A DNA stretch of 62,776 nt, counting the filler, from Rhabdomonas costata (taxonomy: Eukaryota): NCBI GenBank assembly GCA_019059605.1. It is 38 parts of 38 records of this genome, joined end to end, with 100 filler letters (N's around TTAATTAATTAA, not from the genome) between each part and the next. Parts side by side here need not be neighbours in the genome. Positions count along the whole stretch, not along the records: positions 38,082 to 39,634 come from JAHMHO010013188.1; positions 39,735 to 41,287 come from JAHMHO010013189.1; positions 41,388 to 42,940 come from JAHMHO010013190.1; positions 43,041 to 44,593 come from JAHMHO010013191.1; positions 44,694 to 46,244 come from JAHMHO010013192.1; positions 46,345 to 47,897 come from JAHMHO010013193.1; positions 47,998 to 49,551 come from JAHMHO010013194.1; positions 49,652 to 51,204 come from JAHMHO010013195.1; 30 more parts are not named here. One strand, 5' to 3'. The position numbers and the translations under genes were made by a program. The number at the start of each line of letters is the position of its first letter. Position 1 is the first letter of the stretch. Below the pieces are notes generated by a model that saw only the letters and a list, made by a program, of their open reading frames with translations, was not told the DNA's origin and ran no database searches. This document shows positions 39,054 to 52,216 of the stretch, in pieces.

Positions 39054-39734
39054 AGGCTGCTCAGGGACACGGGATTTCAGTGCTCGCGTAGCGGTTCAGC
39101 AACATTCTCGGGTTACGTGGACTTATTTCTTTGTGTTTTTCTCCCATGAGTTCTTCAACTCATAGGACTGTACTTTTTGTTTTGTGCTGCGTTTCAGTCA
39201 TTGCCGTTGTCTTCACAACAGCTGTGACCCAAGCTGACGCTTGCATTGCGGCTTTTTTTGTTGTTGCGGAACTCACTGTGGACAGAGTTTTATGCGTTCT
39301 GAAGTCATCTTTGGCTTTCCTGCGATAACCAAGTTTCCCGCGTCCAATGTGGACTGGAAAGCGGAATTGGGCCGGACATGATCTTGATTACCCCCCTGTC
39401 CGGATTGAGCATCGGTTGTCGTCGCGATAAGCATTGGAGTTGAAATGTGCTTTCAATTATGTTGCGATTAAGGCGGTGGCGCCCCCCCCCCCATCAACCC
39501 ATTATGACAGCTAATTACTCCCTGAACTTCTGAAAGCACAGTGTCCTCATCCGTGGTAACCCAGAAGCGTTCTTTGAGCTAGGCCACCGCCATACGTTTG
39601 AACCCTGGGGATTGGAAATGGCTCACCCCAAACCNNNNNNNNNNNNNNNNNNNNNNNNNNNNNNNNNNNNNNNNNNNNTTAATTAATTAANNNNNNNNNN
39701 NNNNNNNNNNNNNNNNNNNNNNNNNNNNNNNNNN

Positions 39735-40651
39735 TTTTGGGTGTTAATTTTTATATTACCCAGTTTCTTCCACAAAAAGGAGGCATCAAAGGCAACAATC
39801 TGAGTCAAGGGCTGATCGTGAATGTCCTTGTGAGGATCCGCAAAGGGGCCCGTCCACTTAAAGCCGCGGTGGTAGCCCGAGTAAGCGCTGAACCGCTCAG
39901 CGCCCGCGATGACCACCGCCTCGTGGTCTGCCATCACGGGAGAAACCAAGAGCGACACAAGGCATTCTGTGCTGACGGCGAAGCGGGTCTCCTCCTGCGC
40001 CCGACAGCCGCAGAGCACTCCACCCCCGATGTACTTGTTCGCGAAGTCGGCCTGCAGGGCCCCGTGGTCATCCTCTATGGAGCCGCTCTTCATCACAAGT
40101 GAGGAGAGGGGCTTCCTGCTCTCGGTCCAGGCAGGGAAACTCTCCAGCACTTTCCGAGTGAGCCGAATTACACCCACAGGAGAGCTCTCCTGAACCCGGT
40201 CGAAGTAGTGAAGCATCGCGGGCAGCAGCACGCAGCCCCGCTGAAGAAGGGTGCCCCAGTTAAACTGAGGCATTTCCGGTTGGTAGCCTGGGTAGAGGCA
40301 GAAGAAGGCACCGGACAAAAGGCAGACTACGGCTTCACGCGGAATCTCAACGGTGGAAGGGGTGTGCTTCCGAAGCAGTGGAAGGGAATTCCTGTCGTCA
40401 AAAACCTCGGGAATCCTCAGGGCCTGCTGTTGAATGAAGGGCAGGGTGCGCTCGATGAAGTCGTTCCTGCCTTGAATGGCTTCCAACTCACGTAGAGCGC
40501 TTTCCAGTCCGAAAAGCGAGAATTCTGCTCCAAAAAACCGAGTGAAGGCGTTCTCAAGTGCTTGCGTGCTGTCAAACTTGGGCTTCAACAGAAGCCCGAC
40601 GGCGAGCGACCACTGCGCTTTGTTGTGGTGAGGCAACACGGCGTGCGACAT
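39735..40651 (-). CDS. PARG: Poly(ADP-ribose) glycohydrolase, 3'-truncated by the contig end
   Basis: GSIEDD..ALQADFANKYIGGGVL...AQEETRF...GAERFSAYSGY...IVAFDA, including the catalytic GGG-X6-QEE motif. Confidence 0.95.
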
Positions 40652-42036
40652 GACGATGGAAGAGAGAGAAAATGGAAGCGGGCGTGCAGGGCTGTGAGGG
40701 AACAGGCGAGGGGAAAGAGGACTGCTTTGCGCTCAAGACCGGAATTTCCTTAAATATTGGGGGTGACCGACTGAGATGGCATGCTGCATTTCTTGGGTTT
40801 TGGGCTTTTGTTTTCTCACAATTAGGGCGTTGGGGCCTTTTCCTTTTCCCTCTGAATTCCGGCTATTATCAGTCTCTCCTCATTCCCACCAGCTCCCCTT
40901 GCTTTCGAAAATTTATATACTAGTACTATACACTTTACTCCAAGCAGCACCTTTGCGGTGCCTGTGGGGAGATATTCGCCCTCAAGCCGCTGCCAATCTT
41001 CTGCCGGAGTGCAAAAAACAAACGCATGAAAGACGGCCCAAAAAAACACCTTCGTTGTTGATCGGGAGGGGCACGAGAACATATTGCACCTTGGATTGTT
41101 GGATTGTTTGGCATACTTACCGCAGTGAACCTTTTTTTCGGGGACAGCTGCATCGCTCCCTTACCCCATGCGAGACTATTTAATATGTCCCAGGGGACAC
41201 GTACCCACCAGGAGAGTACATCGCTCCCTAACCCCCTGCGAGAGGAAACAAAAGAACACCATCACTGAAAATGTCCAATGCCCACAANNNNNNNNNNNNN
41301 NNNNNNNNNNNNNNNNNNNNNNNNNNNNNNNTTAATTAATTAANNNNNNNNNNNNNNNNNNNNNNNNNNNNNNNNNNNNNNNNNNNNGTTTCGGGCGAGT
41401 GCAGATATGACATATATACATGTCACATCTTTGTGCGTTTCTTGAGGAAGACTCCAATTCCAGGTAGAAACCCCACCCCCCCTGTTCGGCCTCGCGTTCC
41501 GAGGCCTTGTAATCGTGCGAATCTGTTGAGAGCGCTATTTTGGGAGCCCTAAATCTCCGTTCTGAGCAATACCTAGGTGGCTGTGTCTTGTTACCTATCC
41601 TCACAGTGGGCCACTAGGAGACAATCGCACTTTTTTGAAGAGGGGAGGCCAAGCGAACCTTAATGTTTGGCTCCTTTTAGGCGTCTTTTTTTTGTAGGTT
41701 GCTTTCAAGGTTTCCTCGAAGCGCAAGTTTAAACTGGCTGAAAGCGAGCAGAGAGTGCCGCGGTGGGCGGAAAGAGGCCATTGGTGATGTGCAACTGAAA
41801 AACCAAAAATTTGCCAACCCGCCTGCCTGCGTGGTGAGGCTTTTGGCAACAGTTCACGTTCACACTCACGCTTTTTGCGGGGCGAGGGCAAACCGGAGCG
41901 AGGAAAAGGGAAATGTTATTTACCCTTTCCCCGTGTTACCGACCAATTCTGAAGATGCGCTGTGAGAAGAAACAAAAAGAAGAAAAGAAGGCTAGTGCTA
42001 GAGAGAGACCCACACAGAGATCTAAGAAACACATAC

Positions 42037-42299
42037 GGATCGGGCGCCGGAAAGGTCGAGAAGTAGGAGTACCCGTCTGAAGTCGTGCCCGCAGTGGTCG
42101 TAACGCTTGTCGTCGCAATGGTTGCCGTTGTGGTTGTGATCGGGGTGGACACCACGGAGGCCACCACGCCGCCCTCCACGGCATTCAGCGCAACCTGCTG
42201 CACGGCCGCCAGCCCAGCCGTGGCCCGGTCAGGATTCGTCCCGGTAACAAAGAACGTCACAATTACGGAGCCGCACTCCCAGCGGGTGATCACTATGGC
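42037..42299 (-). CDS. Surface-protein exon with a SEA-like GSVIVTF strand and a Thr-rich mucin-like tract
   Basis: CAG/GT-bounded open frame: CGSVIVTFFV...PITTTTATIATTSVTTT. Confidence 0.6.
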
Positions 42300-43040
42300 C
42301 TGATACAACGTGAAGGAGAGGGAGAGAGACAAGCGGTTGCGAATGGGTCTCATCCAGATACACGCATACCACTGATTGGGGGAACGAGAAGGCAGCCACA
42401 GAAGGGTCTAGAAATACTAACCTTGAGGAGAATGAAAATCACCCATTAAAGGGTAAGTAAACTGTCATGCTCTGTAAGAGTGGATGCATTGAAAAAGTAC
42501 ACCCTGCCTACAACCACACTCCTGTGTCACGTGGAACCTGGCTTCCTTGCATGCGCTCAAACTCCGTTTATCATTGTGCACACCAAAAGGATGTAGATGT
42601 GATTCAGTTCAGATACGTCGCGTCGCCTTCGGCGCGTAAGCTGCGTCTACAGTACATAGCCAAGAATTTGTGTGTGTGTTGCCACCCAAGATCCAACCCG
42701 TGGTGGTTTTTCGAAACAATTTGTCTTTATAAAATCGAATTTAAAAAATTTCCGATTTCGATTTTATTCTTTGAAAATCTTGCGCTGAAAAACCCGAACT
42801 TGGTTGCCTCTCAAGAGGTTTGTCTCTCAAGAGCAAAGTGATTGCGCCCAAGTCGGACACATTGGGCACCCCTCTCCTTCCTAGATTTTACATATAGCCA
42901 AAAACGCCGAGCGGCGCTACCAGTCAACGCCCAACCACCCNNNNNNNNNNNNNNNNNNNNNNNNNNNNNNNNNNNNNNNNNNNNTTAATTAATTAANNNN
43001 NNNNNNNNNNNNNNNNNNNNNNNNNNNNNNNNNNNNNNNN

Positions 43041-43618
43041 GTTGGGGGTGGAGCAGAGGCTGGGCACCCCGCGGGAAAGAAGGCAGCGAAGCCTGGAGGG
43101 GCCAAGCCGAGGCCCCAGGGCTCGGGCGCTCGCGGGGGGGCCGCAGCAAAGCCCAGCGGGGCGGCCTCACCCACCGCTGCGAAGGTTTGTATCTGTCCGT
43201 GTGGGGACCCCTCCCTTCCTATGACCGTGTGAACTCAGCTCCAGTATTCAGGATCTAAGAGTTCCATTGGGGGAATTCTCGCGCTGCTGCTGAAGCTGTG
43301 AAGCCGATAGGTCGTATTTCTACCGTGTGAGCAGTAGTGAAGGTTGGTATAAAGACGCCTAAAAAGGATGATGGCGTTGGGCTTGCGTATTCGTAACAAG
43401 CATAATTTATTTCCCTCACCCAAATTTGGGAGCTTGGTAGGTGGGGGGATCTCGAGTCTTCCCAGAAAATCGTCGCTTTGCCAACTGCACAATGTGTGGG
43501 TGTCACCCTGACGCGACTGTCTGTGTAGGCTGCTCCGAAACCCAAGGCAGAGCCCAAGCCGGGAGCTGCAGCGAAACCTGCGGCCAAGAGCGGTGCCGCC
43601 CGCTCTGCCAAAAAATGA
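43041..43618 (+). CDS. Lys/Ala/Pro/Gly-rich C-terminal tail; exons ending 43184 and 43529-43618
   Basis: GKKAAKPGGAKP...TAAK|AAPKPKAEPKPGAAAKPAAKSGAARSAKK*; phase-0 GT-AG join, TGA stop. Confidence 0.65.
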
Positions 43619-44376
43619 GTTGAGGCTGCAGCTGGCTGCAACAAAATCCCCCACCCCCTCCCCACCTAAAAAGGCGCTCTTGGCCTCTGCTGCCCTCTCG
43701 TGTCAAATTGGACTGTTCGTCTCACTCCTTAATTGTAGTCCTCATGTGTGTCCTGCAGAGAATCGTGTCCTGCCGCGCACTGAAGCTTCGTGCCGCGTCA
43801 CTCTTACCTGTTCATTGGTACAGCCCTCTTTCTGGGTCCAGCAGATGTGGGTGCCCCACAACTTTTGTGAAACACTTCTTGAATTTAATGGAATCTTCGG
43901 TTCAATGAAAGTTGGGGGGAGGGTATGGTTTATTGTTACCACTCGTATGTGTTACCATAACTCCCCACCCTCCAACCTCCAGAGCACTTAACCTTCAGTC
44001 TGGCTCATCTAGACTGCTGGAAGATTGTGAGGAGACTGTACTGCTCGCATCGGCCCTGGCAAAAAGGCTTTGGCAATGGGGGGTCTATGTCTGAGGGGCT
44101 CACAAGACACATACCGCAGCAGTCTTTTCCGTGTTGGGCATTGCGTGCATCGCAATCCGTTTCAGATTCGTCCCCTCACTCCTTCTTTTGCCACAGTACT
44201 TGACCTCTCTATGTCCCGTGTCATCCTGAGTGCTTGCCCCTCCTCTTTTCACTCTTTTTTCGTCTCTCTTCAATTCGTGTTGTCCCCACTTCCGGGAGAG
44301 CTTCCTGTTTTTATTTTCGGCATTGGCCCTGGGGGGCGTGCTTGTTCTTTTTTATACCCCTCCTCTTGTACTCGTT

Positions 44377-44593
44377 ATGCTTCGGGGCGCCCTCTCGCTT
44401 GGGTTTGTATGGCTGCTGCTGGTGGTGGGCCCCTGCCTGCCCTCAATCCCTTCCCAGCCCTCGGCGGGTTTGCCCCTCGCCCGAGAACTCTTTCGCCGAC
44501 TGCTTGCTGAAAAAGGCCTGACTGCGCTGCTAACAGTGGTAGAGCAGGCCGTGCCCACGCTGGCCCGACGGGTGCGGTGCCAGCACCTGGCCT
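44377..44593 (+). CDS. 5' end of a putative secreted protein
   Basis: MLRGALSLGFVWLLLVVG signal-like start after a pyrimidine-rich leader; the frame is open to the contig end. Confidence 0.45.
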
Positions 44594-47500
44594 NNNNNNN
44601 NNNNNNNNNNNNNNNNNNNNNNNNNNNNNNNNNNNNNTTAATTAATTAANNNNNNNNNNNNNNNNNNNNNNNNNNNNNNNNNNNNNNNNNNNNGTTGGTT
44701 GGGGTGTCCAATGGTCTTTCCATGACAAGTACCATTGGACACCCCAACCCAGGCCACCCCTTCCAATGTTGTTTTTCGACCTCAGTTCGTGTGTGGTGCT
44801 TGTGCGTTTTGGCTCGCCCGTTGTCCGCCGTAGAGCACCTATCGGGCTTGGAGTCTACGTGGTGTAATTTCGGACAACTTTTGGACACCACATGAAAGGC
44901 TTTCTGCAGACCGCGGAACCTTGGCAGAGGGTGGCTTGCACCGGCAAAGGCCCGTTTTGTGTATTGTGGCTCGGCCTGTAGCCCCCCGGTCTTTTCGAGT
45001 TTAAACCCAATGCCCTGTTCGTATCTCCCGCGGAGTTGAGCGGTCTACTGTCCGGTTCCCTCCGGTGCAGCTCCGGTCCGATGGTGCCCGTGTGGGTAGA
45101 TAACCCAACAAATTGGTTGAATATTCGAGCCGAATTTGCCCCACCACCCTCTCCCATTTCCGGGTGACTCCCGGAAATTGGTGCACGTGCGGAGGCCCCC
45201 CGAGGAGGGTAGATGAATGCTCATTAAAGATCCCAGTATGCCGTAGTGACCCGAACCCAGGGCAAGGGGTTAGGGCAACACTCCTTGTCCGTGCACATCA
45301 AGGTGCTGCTCACCATGCTGGCATGCGGGCAATTCTCGGCTGCATGGTGCTGCAGAACACTTACAGCGGGCGGATACACCCTGATCGGCATGAGGTTGCT
45401 GCTCTCTCTTCTTTAGGCCCTCTCCCGTCCTTCTGTCCGTTGCCTTCCCGCGCTTCTCAAGCAATACTTCTTCTGTCTCCACGCGAGCTCCGCTGTGTCA
45501 CTCTTCCTTTCCCCTGCTGCCCAGTGCCTTTGCTCTTGTTGTCCCCTTGTTGTCGTTTTTCAATCTTTGCCAGTCCCCTTCCCTTCTTTTCTGCCTGGCA
45601 CTGTACATAGTTTCTTTTTGTTTTTCTTCCTCCCCTTTTGTGTTGGCCCCAGTCTCCTGTTGCCCCATTTGCTTGTGCCCCACGTTTTTGCCCGTTCTCG
45701 GTCTTCGCCTGCCCAAATGCTGAACAGTGTGCTGGTTTATTTGTATTTCCGTTTCACCATGCCACCTCGGGCTCCTAGACCAATTTATGCACCTTTCTGC
45801 CACACCGTTTCTCCGCTCCCCTGTGCTTTTCTTTGCCCTTCCCCGCAGACACTATCACCGAAGCCTTTCTCAGTGGATGCACGATCATACCCCTCCGCAC
45901 ACACTCACACACTCTGGTGGCGAGTGAGGAATGGGGATGACACGGTGGGGTAGTGAGTGATGAATTCTTGGTGACAGAGCAACGCTGTACTGACACTGGC
46001 CTATCGCGGAATCGCGGAATTGTGCGCAGGAATGGCATCGGTCACAGGTCATGCAAGAAACGACCTTGCATGAAGACCCGAGGGGGAACGAAAGTGACCC
46101 GGCTGACCCAATTCTTTTAAAGAAATGCGGATTTGACCCTTTCGTCATTCAGATACTACCCCTGAGACAGCGAACACACAAAAGATGCTACACAAAAACG
46201 AGTCCGGCACACTTTTATAATTACACAAATCATGACCCAACACCNNNNNNNNNNNNNNNNNNNNNNNNNNNNNNNNNNNNNNNNNNNNTTAATTAATTAA
46301 NNNNNNNNNNNNNNNNNNNNNNNNNNNNNNNNNNNNNNNNNNNNTGTGTTGGGTGCCGGTATCGGAGGGTGAAAAGGAGGGTCTGTGTCGGATGTGAGGG
46401 TCAGATGTTGGATGTTGGGTTGGATGGGCGTTGGGTTGGTTGCAGGGTCAGGGTTCGGTCTTTGCTGGGGTTCCCATTTCGGAGGTTGGTCTTCGGCTTC
46501 GGATTGCTGAGGTCCCTCGGGATATCACAGGAGGAAAATGACACCCGGTGACGGTTACGACCGGAGCACACTCGTGTACGAACAAGCACTGAGTGATGGT
46601 GTAGCAGACAGCACGTGCGCCTGGCTGCGATCAAGGGATGTTGCACAATACTCACAAACGAATCCAACAAGGACGTTGCTCACGAAGCCAGTAACCCATG
46701 AACGCATATGGTGAAGTTGAGGTGAGGCGTACGGACTACGTTGTCATCAGGTTCGCCTGGAAGCACGTGTCACGTTGACCCTATGCGTAGGAGTCACAGT
46801 GAGATACCCTGCGTAGTTGGGCGTAGGATGAAAGACCTAGTGATGGATGCTAGGCTTTTTATGCGCGTTTCCTTTCTTGACCTTTTAGAGAATCTGTATT
46901 TGACATCATGCTTCAGGGTATGTGTCGTATGGGTTTTTTGGCTTTCCGATCTTTGTTGGTCGAATTTTGTGCGCCGTGTTATTTTCGTACTATATTTTCC
47001 TCGGAAGAGGAAGGGGAGGGGGTGCAAGGTCACTCTGAATGAAAAATGGAAATGTCGAGACGATATGCAAACCTGCTTGGTTTGAAACACCCGACAAAAA
47101 ACCTCAACAGGGTGTGGCTATTCAATTGGTCGTGACGGTTACTGCGCTTTTCTATGCAGAGTTGACCCGCGTCGTTGACCCGACGCGTGCTGGCATGGTA
47201 AATCAGTTGCGTAAAAAGGCTAAAATAGTTTATTTGAATTTTGTGGTTAATTTGAAGGAAATTACAAGAGAGAGAAAAGTTTGATTTATTTGCTGTGCGT
47301 AGGACAATTTCGAATACGTGAACATGTGAACCTCCGCATTGCAACTTTTCATCTTCACTCTCACAGATATTTTGTGGTATGGTCATCAGAGTGATCGACA
47401 GAGTATCCACCCACCCAGCACGCACCTTGCGCAGATTAAGGCAACTAAAATCATTTGCACAAAACCGTTCGGCACTTTCGTAGGTACATGTGCAAATAGC

Positions 47501-48221
47501 AAACAGCAACACGCATGGAACAGATTGAGGCCCGGAGTCACCTCTCGGGGAGGCACGAAGCGCGGTCTCTGTTGGCCCGCCGTAGGACTTTTTCTTCGGT
47601 TCTTTCAGTGGTGACGCTGTGCCGTGAAAAAACGATGGTTTTAATAAAAGAGAGAGAAACAGAAACAGAGAGAAACACAGCAAGAGAGCAAGAGCAAGAG
47701 ATAGAAGACAAACGACGGCAATATATGGTCGCCAGGTGGTCACGCAGCATTCTTCCACTCTTGTTCCGCATTAAGAACTTGTCTATTTGACAAAACAAAA
47801 ATATACACTTGCATTTGTTAATACCCCACATGACCCACGTACCCCACATCCACGTACACACGTCGTAGTTCACGGTACAATTATATCCACAAACACANNN
47901 NNNNNNNNNNNNNNNNNNNNNNNNNNNNNNNNNNNNNNNNNTTAATTAATTAANNNNNNNNNNNNNNNNNNNNNNNNNNNNNNNNNNNNNNNNNNNNGGT
48001 GTGTGGGGGGCGGGAGGGCTGCACAACCTGCCGCATAAGTGAAGAGGAACCAGTGAAGAGGCACCATAAAGCACTGCAGACTCTGCAGTGAAGTTCTGGG
48101 AACGTGCGAATCCCAAATTCTTGGGAAAAACCAAAAAGATGCTTCTGCTGTCCTGTACTGGTACTGGCCAGGCAGTGGAAGAAATTTGCCATGAAACTCT
48201 TTGTTTGGGTGCTGCACACAG

Positions 48222-49139
48222 GGAAAGTCCTTCCCAGGCCTCACCTGGACAACCTTCTGGCTCTGCTGTCGCAGCACTGTGAAACAATTGTGTGGACTGC
48301 TTCAGCAAAGCCGTACGCCAAGCCCGTGCTGGAAAGGTTGGACTATCACTGCCGGGCGGTGCGTCACTGCGTTTGCCGCAAGGACAGTGTCTACTTCAAC
48401 CAAACCAGAGACCCTTTCGCCAGGTGTATATATAACTCTGTATGTATATATAACTCTACCATCCAGCAGTGTACACCTCGTTCTACTTACTTTCTCTCGT
48501 ACCGGTCGTATGCCTTGTCTTGCTGGAATAGCGTTGTTTATTGAGATGATTTTTATGTTTGGGTTTTATGTGAACTTTCAAAACTGTCAGTCATGCAACG
48601 CGATTTTGATACGATAAGAATCTCGTGTTATGTTTCGCAAGCGGCTTCACTCAGAATCATTTCACCGGCACTGGCTAGCGCATTTCCCCACTTTTGCACC
48701 ACCAAGGTCTACACACACACACACACACACACACACGATAAAACAATGATAGAAAGGCGGTAGCAACCCGAGAACTTGAATGTCTTTGTCAAACTGAAAG
48801 CAACGGTGCTGCAGCACAGCACAGGTGTTCTTGAAGCGTCTGGGGTGCTGCATTTCTGCATTAACGTTAAGCACACCATTCACCAATCCAATCCTCGTCC
48901 ATGCGCCCCATTCTTTTTGCTCTTAGACCCTCAAAGGACATCACAATGCTTGGGAGGGACCCTGCTCGCACCGTGATTGTGGACAACTCCCCGGAGTGTC
49001 TCTTGCTCAACCCCAACAACGCGGTGCTGGTGCAAGACTTTGACGGAACAAATGCCGGCGACATGCAGTTGGCCACACTCGCCGCTATTGTCTACGATCT
49101 TCTGCACACCACGGAGTCCGTTCCTGACTATCTTTCACG
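48222..49139 (+). CDS. FCP1/SCP-type (NIF domain) HAD phosphatase; exons 48222-48423 and 48927-49139
   Basis: RPHLDNLL...IVWTASAKPYAKPVLERLD...|KDITMLGRDPARTVIVDNSP...NPNNAVLV. Phase-2 GT-AG join. Confidence 0.92.
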
Positions 49140-49726
49140 GTATAAATACAGAAAGGATTTAGCCTCTTTCAAAAACCAACCAATCTCTCTCTCTCTCTTT
49201 CTCTTTATCTCACTCTCTGTGTCTCCGTTTTCTTACTTCCTCGATCTTCCTTTCGGAAAGGGCAGAGTACTCTTATTCTCTGGCACACTTCAGCCAGAGC
49301 ACTGAAAGAAGAAGGGCAGTTAGCAGGGAGCCGTAGAAACAACGAAAACGAAAGGAAAATGTCCCCAGCTTGCAAACGCGCGCTGCCTGCCTGCTCGCAC
49401 GGAGATCCCCATACTCCTGTACCGGGTTTCCCCACACGTCGTTTTTTGCCCACTTCCCATTTCCGGGACGGCAACATAGAGTCGGCGGGGGGAGGGGCCC
49501 CGGCCGACAACAAAAAGCTCCGGTTACCCAGCGGACCTGTCAAAACCCAACNNNNNNNNNNNNNNNNNNNNNNNNNNNNNNNNNNNNNNNNNNNNTTAAT
49601 TAATTAANNNNNNNNNNNNNNNNNNNNNNNNNNNNNNNNNNNNNNNNNNNNGGGGGTTGGGCGGAGCCCCTCTCCCTCAGCAACTTTCCTAGGGTTAGGG
49701 AGACTTCTCTTCTGCGCAGATTAGCC

Positions 49727-49994
49727 ATGTTTTCTTTATTTGATCTGGAGAGTCTTTGTGCTGACGAGGTGAAGCTGAGAGTTTTTTTTTGACAAAGTAT
49801 GGAGTACTGCGTGACAAGGACAAGTGTTCCAAGGGAATAGATGGCACATGGGGCTCCATTAAGGCTTTCCTACGATCCCGTGGAGGAGTGCCTCCGCAGC
49901 ACTTGGAGTCTACCAATGGCGTAGAAATCTCCCTAGAGACGCCGACCCATTCTTTTCACTCCTACTGTGCATTAAAAGTGGTTGCTTTCAGTGA
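49727..49994 (+). mobile_element. Internally deleted Merlin (IS1595/ISXO2-like DDE) transposase remnant
   Basis: An N-terminal-like segment MFSLFDLESLCADEVKLRVF/LTKYGVLRDKDKC is fused to the C-terminal motif GIDGTWGSIKAFLRSRGGVPPQHLES/QWRRNLPRDADPFFSLL. Two frameshifts. Confidence 0.75.
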
Positions 49995-50558
49995 TTCCTT
50001 CCGGTTTCTCATTCAACTTCTTGGGCCGCGATTCCGAAGGGCTGCCGAATAAACAATAAGTATAAGTACAATAAATATAACATAGCAAAAAAAAATGTGG
50101 CCGAACCGGGCATATTTACCCCTGCAGATGTCCAAACCCCAACATGCAACGCATTGGCTTCCAGCCTGTCCGTTGCATAAACCTGTCCCACTCGTTCGTT
50201 CCCAGAGCCCAGCAACCACAATTCCAATTTTCCAATTTCCACAAAGCCAGCCAAAATGTTGAACGGGTCCCCCATCCCAAATTGCAAATTTTTCGATTGT
50301 CGACAATTTGATACCAAGTGTCACAACTAACTTATCCGCCTCCAACATACTCTGAATTTTAAATCGTTTCACTATGTGGTGTTCTTACGACCCTGCCTCG
50401 CTTTGCATTCCGCACGGCGATATCAGCTCTAGCAATTTTCGGGCATACATGTTGCGGAGGAGCAACAGCAACACACCAATCAGCCATGGGTATTGGACAA
50501 GATGACCACTGAAGGGCAGAACGAAACCATCCAAAAAAAAAAGTAACAACACAAAACA

Positions 50559-51199
50559 CCTTCCATCGCCAGCAGAAACTCGCTCATCCACTGAATAAAG
50601 GAAGCGCCTGGAATGGCCTGTGCCCTGAACTTCCGATAAGCAGTACTCACAACACAAACCAAAATCACGAACATCGGTAAGACCACTAGCAACAGCAGCT
50701 GCACCGCTCCAAGGTTCACCAACCACAACAGAGCACAAACAAAAGCATGGGCCTTTCTCCTGGGAGCTGGTACGATCGGCTTTTCACCTACTTCGTTGCC
50801 ATCTTGGCTCACCGGAAACTCCGGTTCCTTGGTTCGGACGTCATCCCGGTTATCTGGTGAAGAGACCAAGGAACCCCTGTCAACTAGTGGTGATTGAATT
50901 TTTTCACCAAAATCTTCCTTCCTTCCTGAACCTTGTCCCGCTTCCCGTGAGGACCGTATTGGTGTTTCACCGCCTCGAAAGCGCTCCTCTCCACCAGAGC
51001 CAAGGTCTCCAAGCGTGCCCTTTCTGGAACGGCGAGTCTCCGAACGACGGGAAGGTCGAGATCTCAAATCCCCATGACCTGCGGAATCAGTTTCACCATC
51101 TTCTTCACGATCATCCCTGACCCTACCTCGTGAGCGTCGCCGACTGGACTTTATGGGGCGGCTACTCAAAACCGAAAGAACTTCGTCCTGAGATAACAA
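50559..51199 (-). CDS. Hypothetical protein exon: Arg/Ser/Gly-rich region followed by a transmembrane hairpin
   Basis: More than 200 open codons, with hydrophobic segment AFVCALLWLVNLGAVQLLLLVVLPMFVILVCVV. Confidence 0.5.
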
Positions 51200-52085
51200 A
51201 ACCCNNNNNNNNNNNNNNNNNNNNNNNNNNNNNNNNNNNNNNNNNNNNTTAATTAATTAANNNNNNNNNNNNNNNNNNNNNNNNNNNNNNNNNNNNNNNN
51301 NNNNGTGTTGGGGTGTGTTTGGTGTTTTTTGGGTACATCTCCCCTGTGACTCCGATAGCAGAGCGATGCAAATTTCTTCTTGGATTCCATCAGAAGATTT
51401 TGCAGGGGGGTTGGGAAGCGATGCACGAGCCCCAAGGGATTCGAATAGGAGCTTTCGCAGGGGTGCTGGAGGCAATGCAATTGTCTGTAGGAGTTTTTTC
51501 ATGATCCTAAGTGTTTTTTATACGTCCCACACAAACCTTGTTTCTAGGGGTGGGGTGGGGGTGGGGGGCAAAAACGGTTTTGCTGGTTTGGTCTCCTTTT
51601 GTATGGAAGTGAAGGGGACATTGTTTGCAATCGAATTTCCTTCCCTGAGCAGTGAAAATAAATCCCGTACACCTACTCTCGGGCTCGGGCCACTTTTGTC
51701 ACAACTGCTTTTTCTCTCGCTCAGGTGGCGTACCCAGGGCTCCACTTGGGGCTTTCCAAAGTTGGCAAGGATAGCTTCCAGGTGGTTTCCGCGCCAGCGT
51801 TCTGGGACAACGCCCCACGGCGGCTTGTAGGTAGGCGTCTGCGCATTTTTTTGTTCCTTGTTGCTCGATCTTTTCATCCAAATCGACCGCCTTGGTTTCC
51901 CTGAAAGGCTATTCGCCTGCAGCAGCCCCCCGTTATTTGCACCCATTGGGTTTTAATACTTCGTTGAGTAGTGAGCACTGCTCTCGAATGAGTATCCACC
52001 GCTCCTTTGGGGGGGGGGGCGTTGTACGTTTCGCACCATTACACGTTGAGCACTGCTTCATGAAATAAATGTCTTGCCTAGTGGG

Positions 52086-52216
52086 CAGAAAAACAGCATA
52101 TCTTACCCCATTTTGCTAAAATAAATGCATTTAGAGGAAGTAGAGGAACTGGAGTTCACCTAACCCCCCTGCCCAAAAAATATATGTCTGATTCGGACGT
52201 TTAGCAGTGCTGAACG
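52086..52216 (+). repeat. Dispersed repeat family, copy B (see 30463-30612)
   Basis: Same collinear blocks as copy A. Confidence 0.85.

Noticed and set aside
41113-41125. ATACTTACC as a U1 snRNA 5' end
   Set aside because: The match stops at 9 nt, and no U1 stem-loops or Sm site are recognisable.
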